This document shows positions 27,306 through 35,721 of a DNA stretch of 49,387 nt, in pieces (position 1 is the stretch's first letter; each line of letters begins with the position of its first letter). The DNA comes from an uncultured Treponema sp. GTDB lineage: Bacteria > Spirochaetota > Spirochaetia > Treponematales > Treponemataceae. The stretch spans positions 1 to 49,387 of the forward strand of contig CAZKPZ010000003.1 of NCBI GenBank assembly GCA_964554745.1, given 5' to 3'. A program made the position numbers and the translations under genes. The notes beneath the pieces are model-generated. The model was given only the letters and a program-made list of their open reading frames with translations, was not told where the DNA came from and made no database searches.

Positions 27306-28400
27306 TCATGCCTCCTTCAGTTTTGGGTCAAGCGCCTCGCGCAGTCCGTCAGCAAGAATATTAAAGCTGAGCATCAGCAGGGCAAGCACTATTATAGAAG
27401 GCAGAATCTGGTAAGGGTGCGTCGTAAAGCTGTTGAATGCGTCGCTGATTAACGAACCAAGACTGCACTGCGGCACAGGGATTCCCAGACCGACGAACGA
27501 AAGGAACGCCTCCGTAAAAATCGCCGTCGGAATAGAGAACATCGTCTGCGTGATTACCTGCCCGATGATGTTCGGCAGTATTTCGCGGAAGATGATTACA
27601 AAGTTGCCTGCACCCAGCGTGCGGCTGGCCAGAACAAACTCACGCTCCTTAAGGTTCAGCATTTCTGCGCGGGCAATCCGGCTCATGCCTATCCACTCGG
27701 TTATCATGAGCGCAAAGATTATCGTCGCAATGCCCGGCTTGAGCACAAGCATAAGCAGAGTTACAATCACAAGGCGCGGAATGCCGTTCACAATCTCGGC
27801 AAAGCGCTGCATGGCAGAATCCACCAAGCCGCCAAAGTAGCCGGAGACCAGTCCGTAGCTCAAGCCAATCAGCATGTCTATAAGAACAGCCACAATCGAA
27901 ATATACAAAGACACGCGCGTGCCCATCCAGGTGCGAGTCCAGATGTCGCGCCCCAGCGTGTCTGAGCCGAACCAATAGTACACGTCGCTGCCGCCCTTCT
28001 GCTTGTACAGGTTCACAGTCTTTGTGCCGGTGGTGGTCTTCATCTTCTCATCGCCGTTAAGCAGCCCCACCTTCTCCAGCAACTTCACGCGCGGCGCATA
28101 GTTCTTCTGCGCAAGGTTCTGCGACGAATAGGTGTAGCCGTTCATCTTGGGGCCAAAAGCCGCAAGAAACACAATCAAAAGAATGACCACGCAGGAAATC
28201 ACCGCGCCCTTGTTCGCAAAAAAGCGCTTGCGCACTTCCTTCCAGTAGCTCAACGCAGAAAAGTTAGAGTCTATCTCCGTACGCGAAGTATCCTTGCGCA
28301 GTTCAAAGTCATCAGCAAAAAAGCCGGCGGGCTTTTTAGAATTAGAATCTTCCATAGGACTTACCGAATTAGATGTTGATTTTTGCATACCGTCACTCAC
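27306..28400 (-). CDS. oppC: Oligopeptide ABC transporter permease
   Basis: FGSDTLGRD, EFVLASRTLGA, EAFLSFVGLG, DGLREALDPK; start uncertain. Confidence 0.92.
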   Translation of the reverse strand: MSDGMQKSTSNSVSPMEDSNSKKPAGFFADDFELRKDTSRTEIDSNFSALSYWKEVRKRFFANKGAVISCVVILLIVFLAAFGPKMNGYTYSSQNLAQKNYAPRVKLLEKVGLLNGDEKMKTTTGTKTVNLYKQKGGSDVYYWFGSDTLGRDIWTRTWMGTRVSLYISIVAVLIDMLIGLSYGLVSGYFGGLVDSAMQRFAEIVNGIPRLVIVTLLMLVLKPGIATIIFALMITEWIGMSRIARAEMLNLKEREFVLASRTLGAGNFVIIFREILPNIIGQVITQTMFSIPTAIFTEAFLSFVGLGIPVPQCSLGSLISDAFNSFTTHPYQILPSIIVLALLMLSFNILADGLREALDPKLKEA

Positions 28401-29331
28401 TCACCGAAGCAGAAAGCCGTATGCGCGGGTCAATGATTCCGTACATAATGTCAACCACAAGCATAATCACAATATACATCGCACTGTAAATAAAGCTAAG
28501 CGAAATAACCACGTTGTAGTCATTGGACTGAATTGCCGTAACAAGCAGGGAGCCTATTCCCGGAATGGAAAATATCTTTTCTACAACGAGAGACCCCGTC
28601 ATAAGGTCAACCACAAGCGGCGCAAGCACCGTAATAATCGGAATAAGCGTATTGCGCAGGGCGTGCTTTCTGATAAGCCGCCAGCCGTACAAGCCCTTGC
28701 TTTCGGCAAGCTGCATGTACTCGCTGCCCAGCGCCTCTATCATCTCCGTGCGCGTAAAGCGCGCAATGGACGCGAGCGTGAACATACACAGCGAAATACT
28801 CGGCAGCACCGAAGAAAAGAACGGTGTCTTGTTGGAAAAGAGCATGGGGAACAGTTTTAGCTTAAAGCCCAGCTGATAGCTCAGCGCAAGGGCAAAGACA
28901 TAGCTCGGAATGGAAACGCCCAGAACGGAAATCACAGTAGAAAGCGTATCCCAGAAGGTGTGGCTCCAGACAGCCGCGACAATACCCAGCACAAGCCCGA
29001 TTACCGCGCCGATAAATACCGCCTGGAAGCCTATTCTAAGGCTGATTGGCAGACGCTGCGCAATGAGAGTGCTGATGGGCGTGTTCTTTGAGATATTGTA
29101 GCTCACGCCAAAATCACCGTGAAAGACAGAAATAACGTATTTAAAGAACTGCACAATCAGCGGCTTGTCCAGACCGTACTTTGCATACAGGGCGGCACGC
29201 TGCTCGTTAGTCAGCTTTTCGTCGTTAAAAGGAGACCCCGGCATGAGCTGCAGAAGGATAAAGAGCACCAGCGTAATCACCAGCAGGGTCAAGAAAGAAA
29301 TCAGAATCCGTTTTAAAATGTACTTTCGCAT
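28393..29331 (-). CDS. oppB: Oligopeptide ABC transporter permease
   Basis: KYILKRI, MPGSPF, YGLDKP, GDFGVS, KHALRN, IDPRIR. Confidence 0.93.
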   Translation of the reverse strand: MRKYILKRILISFLTLLVITLVLFILLQLMPGSPFNDEKLTNEQRAALYAKYGLDKPLIVQFFKYVISVFHGDFGVSYNISKNTPISTLIAQRLPISLRIGFQAVFIGAVIGLVLGIVAAVWSHTFWDTLSTVISVLGVSIPSYVFALALSYQLGFKLKLFPMLFSNKTPFFSSVLPSISLCMFTLASIARFTRTEMIEALGSEYMQLAESKGLYGWRLIRKHALRNTLIPIITVLAPLVVDLMTGSLVVEKIFSIPGIGSLLVTAIQSNDYNVVISLSFIYSAMYIVIMLVVDIMYGIIDPRIRLSASVSE

Positions 29332-29447
29332 ACCAAATCCCGGAAAACGTAGAATAATGCAGCCAGTATAGCATAGCTTAAGAACTTATTCTATACACAA
29401 TAACACAGATGTTGCAGATTTCATTTTTTGCGGTTAAAATAAACAGG

Positions 29448-30917
29448 ATGGCCGGTCAGAACATAACGCAGCAGGCAAAACAACAGCAGACTCAGACACA
29501 GGTGCTGAACCAAGTGCAGCTCAACTCGCTGTCACTGCTTTCAATGGGGGGCGACGACCTGCGCGAAGCCATCTACCGCGAGGCGGAAGAAAACCCGGCG
29601 CTAGTCATCACAAAAGACAGCGGCGGGAACGTGCGCGTAAAGAACTCACCGCAGCGCCAGGGCACGCGGACAGGCTCGTCTTCCGCATCAGGGGAAGAGG
29701 CAAGCGAAAAGTTCCAGGCCGTGCTTGAGTCAAAGGCAGACACAAGATGCTCCTTGCAGGATTACCTGCTAATGCAGCTGCACACGTCGCCCTTGGGTGC
29801 AGCCGAAGTAAAAATCGGCGAGAATCTTATCAGAAACCTGGACTCGCGCGGCTTCCACATACTGGCTCCAGTCTCTTTGCTAGACAAAAACGACAGCACG
29901 CAGACTCAAGAAGCGCTTGAAGCCGCCATGCAGGCCGTCCAGCAGTTCGATCCGCCGGGAACCTGCACCAAGAATACAGAAGAAAGCCTCTACGTTCAGG
30001 CAAAGCAGCGTTCTCCCGCCTGCCCGGTGCTGGCGCTCTTTTTGCTTGACGGGCACTTTGACTTCTTGAATCCGCCCAAGGCTAACATGATTGCCAACAA
30101 GGTCACAAAATTCTTTGAGGAGCAGAAAAAACTCTTCGGCGTAAAAGAAAACCCCTTGTACAAGGATATGGAAATAAACGAAAAAGAAGCCCAGAAAGCG
30201 CTGGACTTTATACGCACGCTGGACCCCTACCCGGCGCGCGACTACAGCACGGACGGCACCCACTACGTCTCTCCGGACATCTACGTGGAACGCATTCCGC
30301 AAGACCTGCTTTCCGGCACGGAACTTACGGAAGACTTCGCCAAGGGCATAGTCATACAGGGCAAGGACGCTTTTCTTGTGCGGCTTACAAGCGACATACC
30401 GCAGCTGGCAGTAAGCCCTGAATACAGCAAGTTCTCGCAGAAAGAAAACTCAGACGTGGTGAACGAGGGCATTAAGCGAGCGCAGATTTTCATCAGTTCC
30501 ATCGAAAACCGGCAGACCACAGTCCTGCACTCAGCCTGCATGATAGCAAAAAAGCAGCACGAATTCTTTGCAAAAGGCCCCGGCCACTTGTCGCCGCTCA
30601 AGCAGCAGGACATTGCGGACGTTGTCGGCGTGCACGAGACGACAATATCGCGCATGGCAAGCAGCAAGTACATTCAGTGCGAGTGGGGGCTGTTCCCGGT
30701 AAAATACTTCTTTGTAAATGCAGTCGGCTCTGCGGACTCTCCGGCGGCAATCAGCCGCGACAAGGTTATGTCAGAAATAGAAAAGATTATACAAGAACAC
30801 GCAAAGGCAAACAGCGGCAAAAAGCTCTCTGATCAAAAAATAAGTGATATTCTGCGCGAGAGGGGCATGCAGGTGGCAAGACGAACGGTGGCGAAGTATC
30901 GAGCGCAAATGCAGTAA
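29448..30917 (+). CDS. rpoN: RNA polymerase sigma-54 factor
   Basis: Gln-rich region I, EENPAL, HETTISR HTH, LSDQKI, RpoN box ARRTVAKYR. Confidence 0.95.
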   Translation: MAGQNITQQAKQQQTQTQVLNQVQLNSLSLLSMGGDDLREAIYREAEENPALVITKDSGGNVRVKNSPQRQGTRTGSSSASGEEASEKFQAVLESKADTRCSLQDYLLMQLHTSPLGAAEVKIGENLIRNLDSRGFHILAPVSLLDKNDSTQTQEALEAAMQAVQQFDPPGTCTKNTEESLYVQAKQRSPACPVLALFLLDGHFDFLNPPKANMIANKVTKFFEEQKKLFGVKENPLYKDMEINEKEAQKALDFIRTLDPYPARDYSTDGTHYVSPDIYVERIPQDLLSGTELTEDFAKGIVIQGKDAFLVRLTSDIPQLAVSPEYSKFSQKENSDVVNEGIKRAQIFISSIENRQTTVLHSACMIAKKQHEFFAKGPGHLSPLKQQDIADVVGVHETTISRMASSKYIQCEWGLFPVKYFFVNAVGSADSPAAISRDKVMSEIEKIIQEHAKANSGKKLSDQKISDILRERGMQVARRTVAKYRAQMQ

Positions 30918-30919
30918 AG

Positions 30920-31129
30920 CAACAGGGCTGCGCTCCCGGCGGAAACCTGGCACATGAAAACGGCTTCACTCGCAAAAACAACAGAACCGCGCTCCCAGCG
31001 AATCTCTGTCCCGTGAAAACAACAGGGCTACGCTCCCAGCGGAAACCCGGCGCATGAAAACGGCTTCTCTCGCTACGCTCGTTGCAGATGTTTTCATGTG
31101 CCAGAACTCCGCTTACGCGCAGCCCTGTT
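30920..31129. repeat. REP-like repeat cluster: three direct copies plus one inverted copy
   Basis: CAACAGGGCTRCGCTCCCRGCGGAAACCYGGCRCATGAAAAC at 30920 and 31020, a degenerate copy at 30979, and an inverted arm at ~31090-31129. Confidence 0.85.
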
Positions 31130-31166
31130 CTTGTTATCGTCCTATTTATAGTCCGGTCTCTAAGGA

Positions 31167-31457
31167 CTATTTCTTTTCCTGGATTTTATCTTTTTCTTTC
31201 TTTACTTTTGTGTCCAGAACATCCATCAGTTTGTTCAGTCCTGCCGCAAAGTCGTAGTCATCGCTTGTGACGTGGGCGTTTGAACCCCAGCGGAAGTTCA
31301 CCGTTGCGTCAAAGTAGTACTTCTTGTCTTCCTTTACTCTCAGTATAAGGTCAACAATAAGATTGTCCGCATAGTCGATTCTCTTAAGTTTCTGATTGAT
31401 AAGTTCTGACTGGTCTTTCTCAAGTGTAAAGCCCTGTGCCGATATTGATTTTGTCAT
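31167..31457 (-). CDS. hpf: Ribosome hibernation factor HPF/RaiA (short form)
   Basis: 96 aa, KLKRI...DF.AGLNKLMDVLDTKVKKEKDK pattern; AGGAG RBS; adjacent to rpoN. Confidence 0.8.
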   Translation of the reverse strand: MTKSISAQGFTLEKDQSELINQKLKRIDYADNLIVDLILRVKEDKKYYFDATVNFRWGSNAHVTSDDYDFAAGLNKLMDVLDTKVKKEKDKIQEKK

Positions 31458-31538
31458 AAATTATTTACTCCTGTTAGACGTTATCAGGCAGAACGGAAAA
31501 CTTCCGGCGGAACTCCGTTGTTCCCTGCCCTATCTAAC

Positions 31539-31567
31539 AGTATACAACCGTATAGGTAAAAAAGCAA
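31539..31567 (-). promoter_or_regulatory. hpf promoter
   Basis: TTGCTT-17 nt-TATACT with extended TG; a GC hairpin (31487-31529) lies in the leader. Confidence 0.6.
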
Positions 31568-31577
31568 AGTATTTTTG

Positions 31578-33278
31578 TTATTTGATTATAAGCTTCTGGC
31601 TGCCGATGCGGTCCAGCGCAGAAAGGTCACCGGCAAGGAATCTCTCGCAGCGTTCCTGCGGCATGGGGCGGCCGGTCAAAAAGCCCTGCAATATGGTGCA
31701 GTTCATGGAGCGAAGGACGTTCAGCTGCTCGTTCTTTTCAACTCCCTCGGCAATGGTCTCCAGCCCCATCCTGTTTATCAGCGTTACGATAGACTCTGCA
31801 ATCCGCATTTCAACGCTGTCATTGCCGTCCTTGTCGGCAAGATTCTCCACAAAGGCCTTGTCTATCTTGAGCGTGCTTATCGGCAGACACTGCAGGTAGC
31901 GGAACGAGGAATAGCCCGTGCCAAAATCGTCCAGCGAGATGAGCACGCCAAGCTTCCTTATCTGCTCAAGTATGCGCACAGTCCGCTTCAAGTCTTGTAT
32001 GAAGATGCCTTCGGTAATCTCAATCTCAAGCGTCTCAGGCGGGATTCCGTACTTGCCCATCGCCTCGGTCAGGTCGCCTAAGAACGAAAAGTCCTTGAGC
32101 TGCGTGGGAGAGACGTTTACGCTCATCACGCCGTTAAAGCCGAACTCCTTCTGCCAGCGCGCAAGGGTGCTGCATACGCTGTCAAGCACCCAATGCCCCA
32201 GCTGGGTTATAACATGGGTCTCTTCCGCAATCGGAATGAATTCCTCGGGGCTTATCATGCCGTAGGTAACGTCATCCCAGCGTATAAGGGCTTCAAAGCC
32301 GCGCAACCGGTTGCTGTCGATATAAAACTGGGGCTGGTACACCTGCTCAAACGAAAAATTCGTTGCCGCGATGATGAGTTTCTGCTGCAACAGCGAACGC
32401 CGCAGGAAGGCCTCGTACATTCTAGGCTCAAAGAACACCACGTTGTTCTTGCCGTTCCTCTTGGCGGCCTTTACGGCAAGGTCTGCGTACTTGAGCAAAT
32501 CCGTATAGTTGTCGGTGTCAAAGGGGCTGGAGGCAATTCCTGCCGAAATACTTATTCCCACTTCCTGGAAGGCGTCAAAGATTACGTCGCTCAGTGTGGC
32601 AAGGTGGTCCTTTGAGTCAAAGTTGGTGCGGAGTACAAGGAATTCATCGTCGCCAAGGCGGAACACCTGTAAATCCGCATCGGCAAAGCGCTGCAGTATA
32701 TGCGCGCTGCGGCGCAGAACGCTGTCGCCTGCAACATGCCCCAGGCGGTCGTTGATGGACTTCATGTCGTCTATGTCGATTATGATTATGCCCACTGCGG
32801 AATTCCGTCTTACGCCTACGTCAAGTGCTGTCTTGAACACACTGTTGAAATACGCTCTGTTAGGAATGCCGGTGAGCGAGTCAAGGTAGCCCTCGCTGTC
32901 GCTTTCCACGAACGGAAAGCTGTTCTTGTCCGCCCCCTTGAGCGTAAAAAGATACAGGCCGCCTTCAAGCAGATGGGCATTCAAATAGAACGTTGTGTTC
33001 ACGCACTTGGAGTCAAATTCAAAGTCGAAGGATTTTTTGCTGGCAAATGTCTGGAGCGCCTTGTTGAAAACACAAGGAAAAGTCTTAAGCTCCGCCATGA
33101 CAATCTTTGCCTTTGCCTCTTCGGCGGTCAACATGCGAAGCAGGTTTGTATATGCAGGATTCTCGCGGATGATATGAAAGCCTATTACATTGTGCAGCTC
33201 GTCAAATCGCGGCTGGACTATAACTTCTGCAAGAGGAATAACATCAAAGACATCCTTATAGTTCGGTTCTTGCGGCAT
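31578..33278 (-). CDS. GGDEF-EAL c-di-GMP enzyme with N-terminal PAS-like region
   Basis: DSLTGIPNR, INDRLGHVAGD, RLGDDEF variant, YQPQ, EALIRW, DDFGTGYSS, LKIDK, AEGVE. Confidence 0.92.
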   Translation of the reverse strand: MPQEPNYKDVFDVIPLAEVIVQPRFDELHNVIGFHIIRENPAYTNLLRMLTAEEAKAKIVMAELKTFPCVFNKALQTFASKKSFDFEFDSKCVNTTFYLNAHLLEGGLYLFTLKGADKNSFPFVESDSEGYLDSLTGIPNRAYFNSVFKTALDVGVRRNSAVGIIIIDIDDMKSINDRLGHVAGDSVLRRSAHILQRFADADLQVFRLGDDEFLVLRTNFDSKDHLATLSDVIFDAFQEVGISISAGIASSPFDTDNYTDLLKYADLAVKAAKRNGKNNVVFFEPRMYEAFLRRSLLQQKLIIAATNFSFEQVYQPQFYIDSNRLRGFEALIRWDDVTYGMISPEEFIPIAEETHVITQLGHWVLDSVCSTLARWQKEFGFNGVMSVNVSPTQLKDFSFLGDLTEAMGKYGIPPETLEIEITEGIFIQDLKRTVRILEQIRKLGVLISLDDFGTGYSSFRYLQCLPISTLKIDKAFVENLADKDGNDSVEMRIAESIVTLINRMGLETIAEGVEKNEQLNVLRSMNCTILQGFLTGRPMPQERCERFLAGDLSALDRIGSQKLIIK

Positions 33279-33385
33279 ATACTTCCATTCTCTCTAAAGT
33301 AACTATAATAGCAGACTATAAAACGTTGGTCAACATTCCGCAAAAAACTCAGTGCGCTTTTTTTTAAACTCACTGGCCTTTATGC

Positions 33386-33425
33386 AAAAAGGCACAGGCT
33401 TTTTATGCAAAATCCTGTGCCTTTT
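33386..33425. terminator. Hairpin terminator after metK
   Basis: AAAAAGGCACAGG...CCTGTGCCTTTTT. Confidence 0.75.
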
Positions 33426-33446
33426 TTTTAATGCCTTACGGCGCTT

Positions 33447-34616
33447 TTACTTTATTTCCGCCTGCAGAGCCTTAACCTTGTCGGTCTGCTCCCAGGAGAA
33501 CTCGCTGCGGCCAAAGTGGCCGTAGGTGGCAGTCGCCTCGTAAATCGGGCGCTTCAAGTCAAGCGTCCTGATGATTCCGGCAGGGGAACAGTCAAACACT
33601 TTCTTTACGGCGGCCTCAATTTTTTCTTCTGGAACGGTGCCGGTTCCGAATGTCTGGCAGAGCACGCTCACAGGGAACGGAACGCCGATGGCATAGGCAA
33701 GCTCTACCTCGCAGCGCTCGGCAAAGCCGGCGGCCACTATGTTCTTGGCGATGTAGCGCGCCATGTATGCGGCTGAGCGGTCAACCTTTGACGGGTCCTT
33801 GCCGCTGAATGCGCCGCCGCCGTGGCGACCCATGCCGCCGTAGGTGTCTACGATAATCTTGCGCCCGGTAAGGCCTGAATCGCCGACGGGGCCTCCGATG
33901 CAGAACTGCCCTGTGGGGTTGATAAAGAACTTGGTGTTCTTGTCAAGCAAGCCAGTCGGCTCAAGAACCGGCTTTATAAGCTGGCTGATGATTGTATCTT
34001 TGATTTCGCTGTATTCGATTCCGGGGTCGTGCTGCTGAGAGACAACAACGGTGTCAATGCGGACAGGCTTGTGGTCTTCGTATTCAATCGTAACCTGTGC
34101 CTTGCTGTCCGGGCGGAACCAGGTTACCTTGCCGCTCTTACGGAGTTCGGCGGACATTCTCATAAGTTTGTGGGAATACATAATCGGCGCCGGCATAAGC
34201 TCCGGGGTTTCCTTACAGGCAAAACCGAACATCATGCCCTGGTCTCCGGCTCCCTGCTGCCCCTTGAACTCGTCAAGTCCCTTGCCGACTACGCCCTGGT
34301 TGATGTCTGATGACTGGTTGTGAATCATGTTCAGAACGGCCATGGAGTTATAGTCAAGTCCGTATGCAGGATTTGAATATCCTATTCGCTTTGCGACGTT
34401 ACGCGCAACTTGCTGTACATCTACATAGGCTTTTGTGGTAATCTCGCCGCCTACTAGAACGAGAGCCTGGCAGGCGAATGTCTCCGCCGCCACGTGGCTG
34501 TCTGGATCCTGCCGGAGGCATTCGTCCAAAATTCCGTCGCTAATCTGGTCGCAGAGCTTGTCGGGGTGGCCTTCGCCTACTGACTCAGATGTGAAAAGAT
34601 AGTGTCTGTTACTCAT
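33447..34616 (-). CDS. metK: S-adenosylmethionine synthetase
   Basis: [51 protein letters not shown]; GGAGG RBS before ATG 34616. Confidence 0.97.
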   Translation of the reverse strand: MSNRHYLFTSESVGEGHPDKLCDQISDGILDECLRQDPDSHVAAETFACQALVLVGGEITTKAYVDVQQVARNVAKRIGYSNPAYGLDYNSMAVLNMIHNQSSDINQGVVGKGLDEFKGQQGAGDQGMMFGFACKETPELMPAPIMYSHKLMRMSAELRKSGKVTWFRPDSKAQVTIEYEDHKPVRIDTVVVSQQHDPGIEYSEIKDTIISQLIKPVLEPTGLLDKNTKFFINPTGQFCIGGPVGDSGLTGRKIIVDTYGGMGRHGGGAFSGKDPSKVDRSAAYMARYIAKNIVAAGFAERCEVELAYAIGVPFPVSVLCQTFGTGTVPEEKIEAAVKKVFDCSPAGIIRTLDLKRPIYEATATYGHFGRSEFSWEQTDKVKALQAEIK

Positions 34617-34774
34617 ACAGACCTCCAGATGAAAGTAATTTTCATATATAAATTCCAACCCCCGCAACGCGGGAATATTTGGCAAAGCAATAGGGTTGTC
34701 TGCACAGCCTTATGCTAATTCTACCGCAAAGTGCAAGGCAATTACTAGAGGGATTTAAGCGTATCCGGCATGAA

Positions 34775-34840
34775 GGGAGCAGTCCGCAGGAACAGGGGCG
34801 CAAAAAAAAGCGCGGAGAGGACTTGTTTCTGCGGACTCCC
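34775..34840. terminator. Long hairpin after the sugar ABC operon
   Basis: AGTCCGCAGGAACA...TGTTTCTGCGGACT. Confidence 0.45.
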
Positions 34841-34872
34841 AAACGCAGGGCGTTCGGGCAGAAAGGACTTTC

Positions 34873-35721
34873 TCAGCCCTTGACGGCACCGGCGGCGATG
34901 CCCTTTACTACATACTTCTGCAGTGAAAGGTAGAAGGCGATAATCGGTATTGAGGAGAGGGCGAGCGACGCGCACATGGGGCCGTATTCCTTCATGAACT
35001 GGCCGTTGAACTTCATCTGCGCAAGCTGAATCGTGCCCTGTTTGACCACAATCAACGGCAGGAGAAAGTCATTCCACAGCCAGAGCGCGTCAATGACGGC
35101 CACAGTTGCGATAATCGTCTTTATCAGCGGAATGATTATGCGGAAGAAGATATAGAATTTTCCCGCGCCGTCGATTGCGGCGGACTCTTCAAGTTCCTTT
35201 GGCACGGACTTGATAAAGCCGTGGAACATAAAGATTGCCGTAGGGCAGCCCAAGCCCCAGTACATGACTATGATGCCCTGTGTGTTCATAAGGTGCAAAT
35301 CCGCCGCAAGCACTCCGATAGGAACCATGATAATCTGGAACGGAATAACAAGCGAAAAGCTGAAGAAGCCGTAGAGCGCCCAGGAAATCTTGGTGTCGGA
35401 GCGTGCCAGTGCATAGGCGCACATGGAGCTGGTAAGGATTATGCCCAGCGTGCCGAACACTGTGATGGTCAATGTGTTGACGAACACCTTGGGGAATTCC
35501 ATGGTCTGCCAGGCCTGCACGAAGTTGCCAAAGAAAATGCCGTTCGGCAGTCCTGCCGGGTTTATGATGATGTCCGCGTTCTTTCGCAGTGAGTTCACAA
35601 TCACGAATATAAACGGATAGAAGAACAGCACTGCGAACAATATGAGCACTACGGAAAGCACTTTGTTCGAGCTTGTGTGCTTTATGCTTGTTGTTTTGTC
35701 TGAATCTGTGATATCTGCCAT
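34873..35721 (-). CDS. Carbohydrate ABC permease (MalG/MsmG-like)
   Basis: EAA loop VPKELEESAAIDGA, WNDFLLP, GAVKG end. Confidence 0.93.
   Translation of the reverse strand: MADITDSDKTTSIKHTSSNKVLSVVLILFAVLFFYPFIFVIVNSLRKNADIIINPAGLPNGIFFGNFVQAWQTMEFPKVFVNTLTITVFGTLGIILTSSMCAYALARSDTKISWALYGFFSFSLVIPFQIIMVPIGVLAADLHLMNTQGIIVMYWGLGCPTAIFMFHGFIKSVPKELEESAAIDGAGKFYIFFRIIIPLIKTIIATVAVIDALWLWNDFLLPLIVVKQGTIQLAQMKFNGQFMKEYGPMCASLALSSIPIIAFYLSLQKYVVKGIAAGAVKG

Noticed and set aside
30920-31129. Possible mini-CRISPR
   Set aside because: Units are degenerate, unevenly spaced and include an inverted arm; this fits a REP-like element
33447-34685. Longer upstream starts in the ORF track (metK 34685; likewise 14376, 19172, 20552, 23633, 29409, 44379)
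   Set aside because: RBS or promoter position and family N-termini favour the downstream starts used here
34617-34725. Known SAM-I or SMK riboswitch call
   Set aside because: Core consensus elements could not be found by eye; kept only as a candidate novel leader
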